This document shows positions 33,555 through 44,258 of a DNA stretch of 50,947 bases, one piece after another. The position numbers and the translations under genes are program-made. The stretch comes from a virus. Its lineage: Duplodnaviria; Caudoviricetes. Numbering within the stretch: the first letter of the stretch is position 1; every line of letters begins with the position of its first letter. The stretch covers positions 1 to 50,947 of IMG/VR virus record IMGVR_UViG_3300042904_000032. One strand, 5' to 3'. The notes beneath the pieces were generated by a model that saw nothing but the letters and a program-made list of their open reading frames with translations, searched no databases and was not told the origin of the DNA.

Positions 33555-36500
33555 CTATCTCTGGAAAAGCCAGAGGAATTATTCTGGTATTTGGAGAGGG
33601 AGTGTATGGAATGTGTCCCCAACCGGTACACGGTTGTCGCTGGACGGTCCCACAATCTTAGATCCAGATGGTAATCCTATTCACCTAAGAGGTACTAACC
33701 AAGGTACCTGGGGTGAGAACTACTCAATTGATGCCCCAGCTATTGCTAGCTATGGGGCTACTGTCGTCCGTATTTTGATTCGTTGGGAAGGTGATTATGA
33801 AGCAGGTATTGACTGCTCTAGTGAAAACCCAGCGGACGATTATATTGATCCCGCCCACTTTCTCCAATTCATGGAAGAAATTGATTGGCTCATTGCCCAA
33901 GGTATTTGGGTTATTGTCGCTTTTGATAGTGACTTTGGGGCAGCCAACCGGGGTCTAGGTGGTGCCGATTGGAATTTCTTTGACAGCACACCAGAGGGTC
34001 TCCAATACCGTGCCCGTTTTAAGCAGGGCTGGAGAAAGATTGAGCGTGCTATTCGTGGGAAAAACTACATTGCTGCTTTGGAACTTCTTCCTGAGCCAAT
34101 GCCTACAGGCGATAGTTCTGCCTATGTGGATGAATTAATTGATTTCTATGAAGAAATCGCAGATGACCTCATTAACCAGGGATGCACCACTCCTTTCCTA
34201 GTAGGTCCCCGTGATAGCTATAACGCCCTCTACATCGACGAGATTTTGATGCCGGGGCGTTCAGACATGATCTACACGATTGATCATCTGAATAATAAGA
34301 CAGAGAATGAAGACACCATGGTGACATGGATGGAAGGGCTTGCCGCATTCCGTGATACTAACAATGTGCCCGTGCTAATTAACCAGCTAGGCCGTAATAG
34401 TTCCGATGACGAAGGTAATGCCACGACCACTGAAAACCTTGGCTTAACGGCCCTATGTGGGGCTTTGTCATGTGCTAATGCACATGGCATCCATTATACT
34501 CATTGGCAATATCACCAAAATACTGGTAATGCTGGTGCGTATGCTCTTTGGTATAAAACGGTATATCCTGGTGATGGCCCATATAACTGGACACCTAAAA
34601 CCAACGAAATTGCAGCATTTACTTTCCATATGAATCAGACAGGCGCTTCTTTGGAAGCAGCCGCCATTGCTGCTGCCACAGCAGCTAATGCAGAACTATG
34701 GTATGTTAAAAGCGATTTCTCAAATGTTTGGCAAACTAATGATACCAGCACACCAGTAACAGCCGTAGGCCAAACTATTGGCCGTCTGGCTCCTGTGGTG
34801 GGTACTCGTGTGTGGTCTCAATCATCTGCCACATTACGACCCCTCTTAGCTGAAGGTGTGAATGATTATCATATGGTATTTGATGGTACCGATGATACTA
34901 TGCAATTGGATGCTACTTATTTTGCTGACGGAGATGACACCTTTGTAATTTGTGCGGGTAGGGCTGCACCTGCTGCTGCAAACCGTGTGATGTTTCACAC
35001 AGGCAACTCCAGTGCCAACGTACGTTATCCTTATCTAGCTGTAAATGCCACCGACGTAGTAACCGCTGCTTGGCGTGGTGACGATACTACTTTACGGAAT
35101 ACAGACACAACAACATTATGTGATGACCGTGCGATTGTGGCTACCGCGTGGAAGTCTGGTGCTACTAAAAAGAATTTCCTACAAGGTGTTCAGGAAGGCA
35201 CAACAAACAGTGATGCTGTCGGTTCTATTGCATCTATCACACGTACTCGGCTTGGTGCCTCTACAACAGGATCTAACCCCTTTAATGGTCCCATTGCACT
35301 AGTCTGTATTTCTAAGACAATGACAGATGAGCAACGCCGGGCCATTGCTCGTTGGGGAGCATGGTTAGTTGGTGCTCCATTCCGTGGAGCTATTCCCCAG
35401 GAAACTGAGACCTGGGGAAGTGAAGAACTTCTTTCAGTGAATATGGGCCCCAATTACGACTTTAGCACACGAGTATTTATTAATGTGCTTCATAGTGGTC
35501 GTGCATGGTGTCCTGACTCTAATGGCGGTGGTTATGGATATGAAAACGTAACACTAAAAACTGTCGGAGAAAAGGGATATCCAGCAACTGGTGAAACAGC
35601 CACAATGGTGTTTCTGTCTGACCTTACAGACTACGACGCAGGGGATTATCTATTTGAGTGTTCTGGTGACTTGTCTAGTAAGATTACTAATATGGGCACA
35701 GGATCATGGTTCTCTGGTCCCACATACAGTGCTATTACTAATAAGACCACAGGAACATGGCGTATTGCCACAGGGCAAGATGGTACCGGCATCCTCGCAC
35801 TAAAGTTTACTAATGTGCCAGCGGATTTTGGTGCCTTGAAATTTAACGCCCCAGGGTATGCATTGGCTACTACCGATGTATTCCGATCAGATGCCCTCAC
35901 TCACTTTGCCCCATTTAAGACTCTCCGTTTCATGGATTGGTTAGAAACAAACGGCAGTGAAACCGATTGGGCAGAGGCTGGGAATCAAGACACTGATTGG
36001 GCAACAGCCCGGGCTTCTAAATGGGATGATGCTTTCTGGTATAAGCACTCTCTAAAGGCATGCTTCGACTTCTTCTTTGCGAATGATTCTAATATCATTT
36101 GGACGAATATTCCAGCAAAAGCCACTGATGCCTATATTAGTTCTTATGTAGCTGAAGGCGCTGTACGTTTGGCCGCTGATAAGACTTGGTGGATTGAATT
36201 TGGCAATGAACTTTGGAATAACACACTAGGTCAATCCACTGCCTACATGGATATGCGAACAGGTGGATTTACGGCTGCTAAGGTTAAGGCCGGCGACGAT
36301 TTCACAAGCATTAGTCGTACTAGTAATGTAGTCACAGCCGTATTTGACACAGCACACAATCTTACTAATGGTGCGAGTGTATATGTAAAACATAAAGATG
36401 ATATATTTACCGCAGGAACTGAAGTAATTACCGTGGTTAATGCCACAACAATTACATGGGCGGATGTGGGAGCAGATAATGCGTCTATTTCTCATGCTGA

Positions 36501-37611
36501 TGATGACACCTATATTATTGGTGACACCAGCCACATGTTAGCGGCAAACCTCTCTGACTATAATCAGCCAGAGCCCAACACTACAGCTAACTATATCCGA
36601 ATCCGGTATGCTCTAACACGTGCTAGGGAGATTTGGGAAGCTGTAGATGCATTAGGTGAGACTGCTCGCATTAAGGTTCTGCTAGGTACCCAGGGGGATA
36701 ATACCTTTAATTATGTACCTTGTTTAGTATGGGCTAAAGAGCAATATGGGGATTTGAATTGGCTGTATGCTATGCCCCCCGCCACTTATGCTGAACCTGC
36801 AAACCCAGCCGGCATTGCTAGTGAGGATGATGTCTTTACTCAGTTAGATACTGATATGACAGACATTATGGAGAAGATGTTACGTTGGAATAATCTAATG
36901 ACTACATTAGGCATGCACAGTGTTTCTTATGAATGTGGCCCACACACTCATTGGAACGGGGGTAATGCCGCTGCAACGCCGTTTATTCTAGCAGCACACT
37001 TAGACAGTCGTATGGGTGATCGTGTAATCGATTGGCATCAAAGTTGGGTTAATCGTGGTGGACAGCAATTCTGCTGGTTCCATGGAGGCATTACAGAGGC
37101 CGCCGCCGATCCTAATTCTACTTGGCCAGTGACTTATGGTGATTTCACTGATGATGCGACTTCAGAGAAATATCAAGCTTTCGTAACTCTTGAAAATACT
37201 TCTGTACTTCCCGTAGAGGAGTCTGGGGTAAACTTTGGGACTATTCGATATATTGATGTTTTACCTGATTCAGGTGCATTACTCGCTCAAGTATCTAACT
37301 GGCTAGTGATTGATCCTGCTGAGGCAACATTTGATATCACTATTAATGTAGCTGTAGAAACTGCTGGCAACTATACCTTAGCAATTGATGCCGCACGCCA
37401 CACAGATGCTGCGGTTGCTTATGAGGCGTTTGTTGATGGTGCCTCTGTGAGTGCGGGTAATTTACCCTCTGTTAACGTATTTACTACTGCTCCAAGTGAA
37501 GCATTTAGCACTACCGTATCATTAAGTGCAGGAATTCACACTGTTAAATTCCATGTCGACAATGCAAGTCGGGCCGATTGGGTAGGTTTATATCGTGTTC
37601 GTTTAACTTAA
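33547..37611 (+). CDS. Multidomain glycoside-hydrolase virion protein (GH5-like, LamG-like, second clan-A GH, CBM-like)
   Basis: I.LRG.N, G.TVVRI, ELLPEP; FDGTDD LamG-like; LRFMDW, EFGNELWN, YECG; C-terminal LSAGIHTVKF. Confidence 0.75.
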   Translation: MANYLWKSQRNYSGIWRGSVWNVSPTGTRLSLDGPTILDPDGNPIHLRGTNQGTWGENYSIDAPAIASYGATVVRILIRWEGDYEAGIDCSSENPADDYIDPAHFLQFMEEIDWLIAQGIWVIVAFDSDFGAANRGLGGADWNFFDSTPEGLQYRARFKQGWRKIERAIRGKNYIAALELLPEPMPTGDSSAYVDELIDFYEEIADDLINQGCTTPFLVGPRDSYNALYIDEILMPGRSDMIYTIDHLNNKTENEDTMVTWMEGLAAFRDTNNVPVLINQLGRNSSDDEGNATTTENLGLTALCGALSCANAHGIHYTHWQYHQNTGNAGAYALWYKTVYPGDGPYNWTPKTNEIAAFTFHMNQTGASLEAAAIAAATAANAELWYVKSDFSNVWQTNDTSTPVTAVGQTIGRLAPVVGTRVWSQSSATLRPLLAEGVNDYHMVFDGTDDTMQLDATYFADGDDTFVICAGRAAPAAANRVMFHTGNSSANVRYPYLAVNATDVVTAAWRGDDTTLRNTDTTTLCDDRAIVATAWKSGATKKNFLQGVQEGTTNSDAVGSIASITRTRLGASTTGSNPFNGPIALVCISKTMTDEQRRAIARWGAWLVGAPFRGAIPQETETWGSEELLSVNMGPNYDFSTRVFINVLHSGRAWCPDSNGGGYGYENVTLKTVGEKGYPATGETATMVFLSDLTDYDAGDYLFECSGDLSSKITNMGTGSWFSGPTYSAITNKTTGTWRIATGQDGTGILALKFTNVPADFGALKFNAPGYALATTDVFRSDALTHFAPFKTLRFMDWLETNGSETDWAEAGNQDTDWATARASKWDDAFWYKHSLKACFDFFFANDSNIIWTNIPAKATDAYISSYVAEGAVRLAADKTWWIEFGNELWNNTLGQSTAYMDMRTGGFTAAKVKAGDDFTSISRTSNVVTAVFDTAHNLTNGASVYVKHKDDIFTAGTEVITVVNATTITWADVGADNASISHADDDTYIIGDTSHMLAANLSDYNQPEPNTTANYIRIRYALTRAREIWEAVDALGETARIKVLLGTQGDNTFNYVPCLVWAKEQYGDLNWLYAMPPATYAEPANPAGIASEDDVFTQLDTDMTDIMEKMLRWNNLMTTLGMHSVSYECGPHTHWNGGNAAATPFILAAHLDSRMGDRVIDWHQSWVNRGGQQFCWFHGGITEAAADPNSTWPVTYGDFTDDATSEKYQAFVTLENTSVLPVEESGVNFGTIRYIDVLPDSGALLAQVSNWLVIDPAEATFDITINVAVETAGNYTLAIDAARHTDAAVAYEAFVDGASVSAGNLPSVNVFTTAPSEAFSTTVSLSAGIHTVKFHVDNASRADWVGLYRVRLT

Positions 37612-37620
37612 AAGAATATT

Positions 37621-37857
37621 ATGGAATTAGAGATTTTTAAATGGATAGTTATGACTTTAGGTGGGATTGTGGTATGGTTTATGCGTAAAACAATTAGTGA
37701 TACTCAAGAAGATATCCAAAAGATGAAGGCAGAGATGGATTCTATGAAGCAGAAATATCTTCATAAAGATGACTTCAAAGAATTCAAAGCTGATTTATGG
37801 AATATGTTTAATGAAATTAAACAGGATATTAGAGAAATCAAAAACTCAAATGGTTAA
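37621..37857 (+). CDS. Small TM plus coiled-coil protein (holin/antiholin-like)
   Basis: N-terminal TM; Y..KDDF motif. Confidence 0.55.
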   Translation: MELEIFKWIVMTLGGIVVWFMRKTISDTQEDIQKMKAEMDSMKQKYLHKDDFKEFKADLWNMFNEIKQDIREIKNSNG

Positions 37858-37862
37858 AGTAG

Positions 37863-38204
37863 ATGGCGACTAAAGGAAAATGGCCCGGGGAATGGAAAGT
37901 CATATGTGACGTATGTGGCTTTGAATTTCCTTCGGGCTCTGTTAGGAAACGCTGGGATGGCTTAATTGTCTGTGACGATGATTGGGAATCCCGCCATCCG
38001 CAAACACTTTATAATTACAAACATCATACCTCTGTTCCAGACCCAATTAGAGCAGAACCTCCAGATGTATTTGTGCATGTATGTACAATTATCTCTGCTA
38101 GTGGTTATGCTGGTCTGGCAACAGCAGGGTGTGCTCAAGCAGGAAATACCCAATTCTCCTATAGCTTTTTATTGGACTTCTTTTTAAATGGACATGAATC
38201 ATGA
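37863..38204 (+). CDS. Zn-ribbon tail/neck-associated protein
   Basis: ICDVCGF...WDGL.VC..DWE.RHPQ. Confidence 0.7.
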   Translation: MATKGKWPGEWKVICDVCGFEFPSGSVRKRWDGLIVCDDDWESRHPQTLYNYKHHTSVPDPIRAEPPDVFVHVCTIISASGYAGLATAGCAQAGNTQFSYSFLLDFFLNGHES

Positions 38205-38899
38205 CAACAAGTGGTAATACCATTTATCAACTTACACGAAATGAAATCCTTGAGGCAGCTATTGGAGCTTTAGGTGTTTTAGCAGAAGGACAAGCCCCGA
38301 GTTCAGACGACTATACAGTGGGGGCTAAATTACTTGGTACCACTATTGCCCGATTTCGAACATTTGGAATGCCTTTATGGGCTAGGATGAGTTATACATG
38401 GACCCCTACAACTAGTTCTTATACTATTGGGGATGGTCAAACTCTAGATACCCCATATCCTCTGCATTTGCTACAGGCATATCGGACAAATTCTAGTGGA
38501 ACTAAGATTAATATTGATATTGAATCTGATTATAATTATAACACTTTTCCCAGTAATTCTGGGGGGCAGATTCCTTATAAAATTAGTTACACTCCGAAAG
38601 TAAATCTTGGGACCATTAAATTATGGCCTACAGATTTATCAACAAATACAGAAACATTAACTATTGTTTATACCCGTCCTTTTGAATACTTTGATAGTAG
38701 TACCCATACCATGGATTTGCCGGAAGAATGGTATGACGCTGTAATTTATGATGTGGCTGTTAAACTTGCTCCCCGTTTTGGTGTTCCTATCCCTGATAGG
38801 CAAGAACTTAAAAAAGAAGCTAAAGTTTATTTAGATCAAGCAATGGAATTTAATTTTGAGGATGCTAGTTTCTTCGTAACTCCCCAAAGAAATCAATAA
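38201..38899 (+). CDS. Head-tail adaptor (P22 gp4/T7 gp11-like position)
   Basis: LGVL..G..P, LWP, P.EW..A..Y..A..LAP.FG. Confidence 0.7.
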   Translation: MTTSGNTIYQLTRNEILEAAIGALGVLAEGQAPSSDDYTVGAKLLGTTIARFRTFGMPLWARMSYTWTPTTSSYTIGDGQTLDTPYPLHLLQAYRTNSSGTKINIDIESDYNYNTFPSNSGGQIPYKISYTPKVNLGTIKLWPTDLSTNTETLTIVYTRPFEYFDSSTHTMDLPEEWYDAVIYDVAVKLAPRFGVPIPDRQELKKEAKVYLDQAMEFNFEDASFFVTPQRNQ

Positions 38900-40365
38900 T
38901 GCCGTACTCTAAAACTCCCGAACAAAGTACATATACAACTAAGCGTATTCCTTTAGCGAAGGAGATTAACACTCGTCTTGGCACAACAGCTGTAAAAGAT
39001 GAGGATTTTTTAAACTGCTATATTGAATTAGTTAAGAAACGCTCTGTAGAGGATTCTCGAACCTATGTCACTAAGCGCGCTGGTGCTGAGAGTTTGGTAG
39101 ATAGTCAACAAGCAGCCGCCGTACGTGGTATGCATTATTGGACTGATCGTGGGAAAGTATTATATGCCGTAGGAAATGATATCTATGTGCTTACTCTCTC
39201 TTCCGGTGCAGTGGCCACTATTGCTAATCCGTTTGGAACTACTACAGGTAAAGTTGGCTTTTGTGAATATTTATATGACACAGGTAATGAGCTGATCGTT
39301 GCGACAGATGGTACTACTCTTATTACTATTGATAATGCAAATGCTGTTGTAACTTGTGCTGATGCGGATTTACCAGCACCCCATGTTCCTACGCCAATTT
39401 TTCTTGATGGTTATTTATTCTTAATTAAAACGAATACTAGCGATATTTATAATAGTGATTTAAATGATCCAATGGCCTGGACACCTGGTAATTTAATTAG
39501 TGCAGAAATTGAGGGTGATTGGTTACAAGAACAAGTTAAAATCAATAACTATCTTGTTGTATTTGGTAAAAATACTATTGAATATTTCTGGGATGCAGCA
39601 GTTGAAACAGGTAGCCCTTTACAACGAAATGACAGTGTGGTTAAGCATATTGGCTATATTGGTGGTTTAGCTCGTCATGGTAGATATGTATTTATGGTGG
39701 GTTCTGAGGCACATGGACAATTAGAGGTATATCAATTAGAAGATTTAAAAGTGACTCCCGTAGGTTCTCCCGTTATCAGTCGATATTTAAATAATAGTGG
39801 AGCTACTTTTACTTCAATGCGGGGAAATGTGGTCTCTATTTCTGGTTATAATTTTTATGTTTTATATGCCGGTGATTTAACATATGTGTATGATATTGAG
39901 AATAAATTATGGACTCGCTGGGCATTTCAAGCTGATGATAATTTTCCGATTACTTACGCTGTAAATGTAAAAAAGACCGCAGATTACTATCCAGTATTTG
40001 CTCTTGATCAGGAAACTTCTGAATTGTACAACTTTTCAGACGCTGTCGCTCAAGACGATGGTACAAATTACACAATGTCAGTGGTTACAGAGCCTGTGGA
40101 TTTTGATAGTTTAAATCGAAAAAATATGCATAGGTTAGTCGTCATCGCTGATAGGCCGGATGATACAGCTGAAATAGATGTACAATGGTCCGATGATGAT
40201 TACCAAACGTACACCACAGCACGGACTGTGGATTTAGATCAAAGTTTACCAAGTTTAACCCGTTTAGGTAGTTTTAGACGTCGCGCGTTTAAGTTGTCTT
40301 ATACTGGAGACCAACCTGTTCGACTCCAAGAATTAGAAGTAGATATTAATAGAGGGAATTCTTAA
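38899..40365 (+). CDS. Tail nozzle / DNA stabilisation protein (P22 gp10-like)
   Basis: FLDGY, SAE...D, FG..TIEY, WSDD...Y, RLG.FRRR.F. Confidence 0.75.
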   Translation: MPYSKTPEQSTYTTKRIPLAKEINTRLGTTAVKDEDFLNCYIELVKKRSVEDSRTYVTKRAGAESLVDSQQAAAVRGMHYWTDRGKVLYAVGNDIYVLTLSSGAVATIANPFGTTTGKVGFCEYLYDTGNELIVATDGTTLITIDNANAVVTCADADLPAPHVPTPIFLDGYLFLIKTNTSDIYNSDLNDPMAWTPGNLISAEIEGDWLQEQVKINNYLVVFGKNTIEYFWDAAVETGSPLQRNDSVVKHIGYIGGLARHGRYVFMVGSEAHGQLEVYQLEDLKVTPVGSPVISRYLNNSGATFTSMRGNVVSISGYNFYVLYAGDLTYVYDIENKLWTRWAFQADDNFPITYAVNVKKTADYYPVFALDQETSELYNFSDAVAQDDGTNYTMSVVTEPVDFDSLNRKNMHRLVVIADRPDDTAEIDVQWSDDDYQTYTTARTVDLDQSLPSLTRLGSFRRRAFKLSYTGDQPVRLQELEVDINRGNS

Positions 40366-42347
40366 TGGCTAATACAACTTTCACGTCCGGAACAGTAATT
40401 ACTCCAGAATGGGCTAATGAAGTTAATGACGGGATCTTTTATAGGAATAAATCTTTTCGTGAGTTAGGTGCCGTGGGTGATGGTGTTACTAATGACACCA
40501 CTACAATTCAGGCTATTTTGGATGCCCATCCTGGGGAAATCATTGATGGTGAGGGTCGTACCTACGCCTGTAATGCAGCTATTGTTATTACTGATGATAA
40601 TACCGTGATTCAAAATGCCACCTTTGATTTCAGTACTATGCCCGTGTCTGTGGGTAGTAGCAAATGTTTTGAGATTACTGGGACTCTAGGCACACCCGTG
40701 GCCTTGACGGCTGACACAGAGGAAGGCACCGCTGTTGTGGCTGTAGGTACTACCGCAAGCTTTTCCGTAGATGGCCTAGTGTTCCTCAAATCTACTACAG
40801 TTTGGGACACGTCTACAAACACTACGCATGGTCATTATGCACGTGTTAAGTCAATTGATTCTGCTACACAACTCACACTCCATACTAAAAGTTTACTGGA
40901 TTTCACTACAGCAGCATCGGCCACTATTGCCCCAGTTACTCCTATTCGTAACATTCGATTTAATAATGTAAAAGTTATTGGATCACAATCAAATACTCAA
41001 GTAGGTATTTATATTGCTTATGGTGAAAATGCTTTATTTGATGGGGTACAAATTACTTCAGTAGATTACACTGGTATTGGTTTATATCGTGCATATGCGT
41101 CTATGGTGGTAAATAGTACAGTCAGATTTGCCCGGGATGTAGATAATGCATATGGGGTGGCTGTTTGGGGCGGCTGCATGCATACGACAATTGATAATTT
41201 AATTGGTGAAGATTGTCGACATGCGGTGACTATTGGTGATAATGATGGTTTAAATTGCTTTACCTTAGTTCAAGGAAGTCATGCAATTGGGGCTAAAGAC
41301 TCTGGTTTTGATAGCCATGCTGCATCAATTGGTACTCATTTTATAAATAATATTGTAGAAATGAGTGAGACATTTGTACCGGGAAGTAGTCATGAAGGGA
41401 TGATTATTCAAGGTGCTCATGCTAAATTTGTAGGAAATATCATTAAAGGTGTGTTAAACAACGGTATCCATTATCAGCCTCTAATTCCATCTACTTATGA
41501 TAATGATGTATTAATTGCGGATAATACTATTATTTTAGATGATACAGGTAATGGTTCTGCGGTGGCCGGTATTTATGCGGATATTGAAGCCTCTGATGGA
41601 GGTAATATTGATAGTTTGATTATTCGTAATAATAGTATTCGAGGAGCAGCATCAAATCCAGACGGTTCCCGTACTATTCGTGTTGCTATCAATCGAGCAA
41701 ATAGACAAATTAAAAATGTAATTATTGACGGGAATATAGCAGTTTCATCCGCTACCTTAGAGTCTTTAATTTTCCGTGCTTTTGGTGCATCATCTGTATT
41801 TACAAATATTACTATTACTAATAATCAATTAAAATCTACAACTGATCGTGTATTACGTATTTTAGCAGACGGCGCTTCTTCTACTGTAAGTAATGTTGTA
41901 ATGGCAAATAATCTTCTTGATGGGGGTACTACTGCGGGATTCCAGTGCTCAGGAACAATTACCAATCTTAAAGAACGTGGGACACTGTTTGTGAACGCCA
42001 CTGCGAAATATGATATTACTAGCGACCTCACAAATTATGCGTTTGATACCCGAGATAATGCACCCGTCACTGTGGCTGCCGCTACCTATACAGTGTTACC
42101 CAGTGATGAGGAGATTACAGTGGATAACGCTGGAACTTGTACGGTCACTTTACCTAATGCCACAACTTGTGCCGGTCGCGTATTAGGATTCCGCACAATT
42201 CAAGCTCAAAGTGTAATTAGTGCTTCTTCAAATGTTGTACCCCGCGCTGGCGGGGCAGCAGGAACAGCTATTGTACCAAACACTGATGGTGCGTGGACTA
42301 TGATTAAAAGCGATGGTACTAATTGGCAAATTATTCGGAGTAGTTAA
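40365..42347 (+). CDS. Tailspike with right-handed beta-helix (pectate-lyase-like)
   Basis: GAVGDGVTNDT..IQ; repeated I..N.I strands. Confidence 0.85.
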   Translation: MANTTFTSGTVITPEWANEVNDGIFYRNKSFRELGAVGDGVTNDTTTIQAILDAHPGEIIDGEGRTYACNAAIVITDDNTVIQNATFDFSTMPVSVGSSKCFEITGTLGTPVALTADTEEGTAVVAVGTTASFSVDGLVFLKSTTVWDTSTNTTHGHYARVKSIDSATQLTLHTKSLLDFTTAASATIAPVTPIRNIRFNNVKVIGSQSNTQVGIYIAYGENALFDGVQITSVDYTGIGLYRAYASMVVNSTVRFARDVDNAYGVAVWGGCMHTTIDNLIGEDCRHAVTIGDNDGLNCFTLVQGSHAIGAKDSGFDSHAASIGTHFINNIVEMSETFVPGSSHEGMIIQGAHAKFVGNIIKGVLNNGIHYQPLIPSTYDNDVLIADNTIILDDTGNGSAVAGIYADIEASDGGNIDSLIIRNNSIRGAASNPDGSRTIRVAINRANRQIKNVIIDGNIAVSSATLESLIFRAFGASSVFTNITITNNQLKSTTDRVLRILADGASSTVSNVVMANNLLDGGTTAGFQCSGTITNLKERGTLFVNATAKYDITSDLTNYAFDTRDNAPVTVAAATYTVLPSDEEITVDNAGTCTVTLPNATTCAGRVLGFRTIQAQSVISASSNVVPRAGGAAGTAIVPNTDGAWTMIKSDGTNWQIIRSS

Positions 42348-42988
42348 TGGTTAAGCTTCCACCATATCCAATTGGTGTTCCTCCTGGTCATTCATATATT
42401 AATGATTGGTATGAGCGGCTTAGATTACTTCTTAATGATTTACCAGCAAATATTGAGCACAATGATTTACAAGGTATTCAAGGGGGTTCAAGTGGTGATT
42501 ATTATCATCTAACTAACACTGAAAGAACAGATCTAACGGATGGTGGAGATAGTGCGGGCCATTATCATGCCGCCGATAGAGCAAGAGCAAATCATACTGG
42601 CACTCAAACCATGGCTACTATTAGTGATTTACCAGTATTGGCCAGTGGTACCTATACACCTACATTAACTAATATTGCTAATCTAGATGCATCCACAGCT
42701 TATCAAGCCCAATATTTAAGGGTGGGTAGTGTTGTTACAGTGAGTGGACGTGTTGATATTGATCCTACTACAACGGCGACATCCACACAATTAGGAATAT
42801 CTTTACCTGTTGCAAGTAATCTAACCAATATTGAAGACCTTGCAGGGACGGCAGCTGCCACAGCCATTGCTAATCAATGTGCTGCAGTGGTAGCAGATAC
42901 AGCAAATAACTATGCCCGTATGCAATGGATTGCTGGGGATACAACAAATAGAGCAATGTACTATACTTTTACTTATGAGGTCATCTAA
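42347..42988 (+). CDS. Tail fibre-like protein
   Basis: HNDLQGIQGG, RANHTGTQ, GTYTPT, Y.RVG..V, SLPV. Confidence 0.7.
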   Translation: MVKLPPYPIGVPPGHSYINDWYERLRLLLNDLPANIEHNDLQGIQGGSSGDYYHLTNTERTDLTDGGDSAGHYHAADRARANHTGTQTMATISDLPVLASGTYTPTLTNIANLDASTAYQAQYLRVGSVVTVSGRVDIDPTTTATSTQLGISLPVASNLTNIEDLAGTAAATAIANQCAAVVADTANNYARMQWIAGDTTNRAMYYTFTYEVI

Positions 42989-44256
42989 TGAGTCTTAAAA
43001 ATCAAGCAAAGAAAGTCCAGAAAGCTGGCCATAAGAACACACCGCAGGACTCAGTGCTTGCTCACATTAACCCAGACGAGGCTCGACTATTAAAAGCTTT
43101 GGGAGGCTCTGGCAGGAAAGATCCTAAAACTGGTCTACGCCATTTTGATGGTTGGGGTGGGGACGGAGGCGGTGGAGATGCTGGTGCAGGCGGGAGTGGG
43201 GATGGTGGTAATTCAGGATCTTCCGGCTGGGGCGGTGAGCCCGGTGGTGACCGTGGGGATGGCGGCATTGGTATGGGTGACGGATACGGGGGTGACGCGG
43301 GCAGTTATGGAGATAGTCTCTCTTTTGAGGGCTCATTCACACCAGACAACTCCTTTACCTCCGGTGAAGGTGCAATGGGTATGGGAGACTTTAATAGTTC
43401 CTTTGGTGACTATGGTGCTGCACATGGAGATATTAACACATATGGTGAATCCCCTGAAGGCCCAGGTAACAGTGATTTCTTCTCCCGTCTTGCACGTTTT
43501 ACAAAGAACTTAGCCGTTAATAAGGCCATTGGCGCTGTGACACAATCTAATCCAGTGTTAGGTATGATGGCTCCTATGGCGATGACTGCGATCAATGCCC
43601 ATAATCAAACACCTGTCGGACAACAGGTGGCTGGTTCCATTGCACAGGCCATGCTAGGGCCTTTGGGAGCTATTCCAGGTATTGCTAATATGTTTGGTGC
43701 AAACATTCCGTCTATTGGTCAGTCTATTGGACAAGCCAATTTAGATTATAAGGGCGAAGCCCCTGGTACCACAGGATTGTCTGGTCAAAATCAAGGTCAA
43801 GGGCAGGGTGGTACTAGTATGTTTGATTCCGTATTAAACGGAGCTGCTACAGGTTATGGACTCTATAATATGTATAAAGCCGGTCAGCAGAATAATGATC
43901 AGGCAAATAGTCTTGCTAATATGTTCTCCCAGAATAGTCCTTATGCCACTCAACTCCGCCAGCAACTTGCCCGCCGTGACGCTGCCGCTGGTCGGCGTAG
44001 TCAATATGGACCACGCGAAGTAGAACTACAGGCAAAGCTTGCTCAGATGGCTGGACAAATGGCCCCACATCAAATGGCCGCTAGAAATGCTGGTAATCAG
44101 AATATGATGCAAATGTTAGGTATGCTCACCAGTGCTAATAAGATGGGTGTGTTTGATCCAGTGAAGAATTATTTAGGTGGAATGTTCTCTAGTAATAGTA
44201 CCCCTGAATATACTTCTTCTGGTGACACTTATGATGCGTATGATTTTGGAGGTTAA
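42988..44256 (+). CDS. Internal virion/ejection protein, Gly-rich
   Basis: LAHINP.EA.LLK..GGSG...P.TGL motif; G/D-rich then G/M/Q-rich segments. Confidence 0.65.
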   Translation: MSLKNQAKKVQKAGHKNTPQDSVLAHINPDEARLLKALGGSGRKDPKTGLRHFDGWGGDGGGGDAGAGGSGDGGNSGSSGWGGEPGGDRGDGGIGMGDGYGGDAGSYGDSLSFEGSFTPDNSFTSGEGAMGMGDFNSSFGDYGAAHGDINTYGESPEGPGNSDFFSRLARFTKNLAVNKAIGAVTQSNPVLGMMAPMAMTAINAHNQTPVGQQVAGSIAQAMLGPLGAIPGIANMFGANIPSIGQSIGQANLDYKGEAPGTTGLSGQNQGQGQGGTSMFDSVLNGAATGYGLYNMYKAGQQNNDQANSLANMFSQNSPYATQLRQQLARRDAAAGRRSQYGPREVELQAKLAQMAGQMAPHQMAARNAGNQNMMQMLGMLTSANKMGVFDPVKNYLGGMFSSNSTPEYTSSGDTYDAYDFGG

Positions 44257-44258
44257 TC

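Noticed and set aside
43062-43513. Pro-rich and His/Arg-rich alternative-frame ORFs
   Set aside because: By-products of Gly codon runs in the real gene
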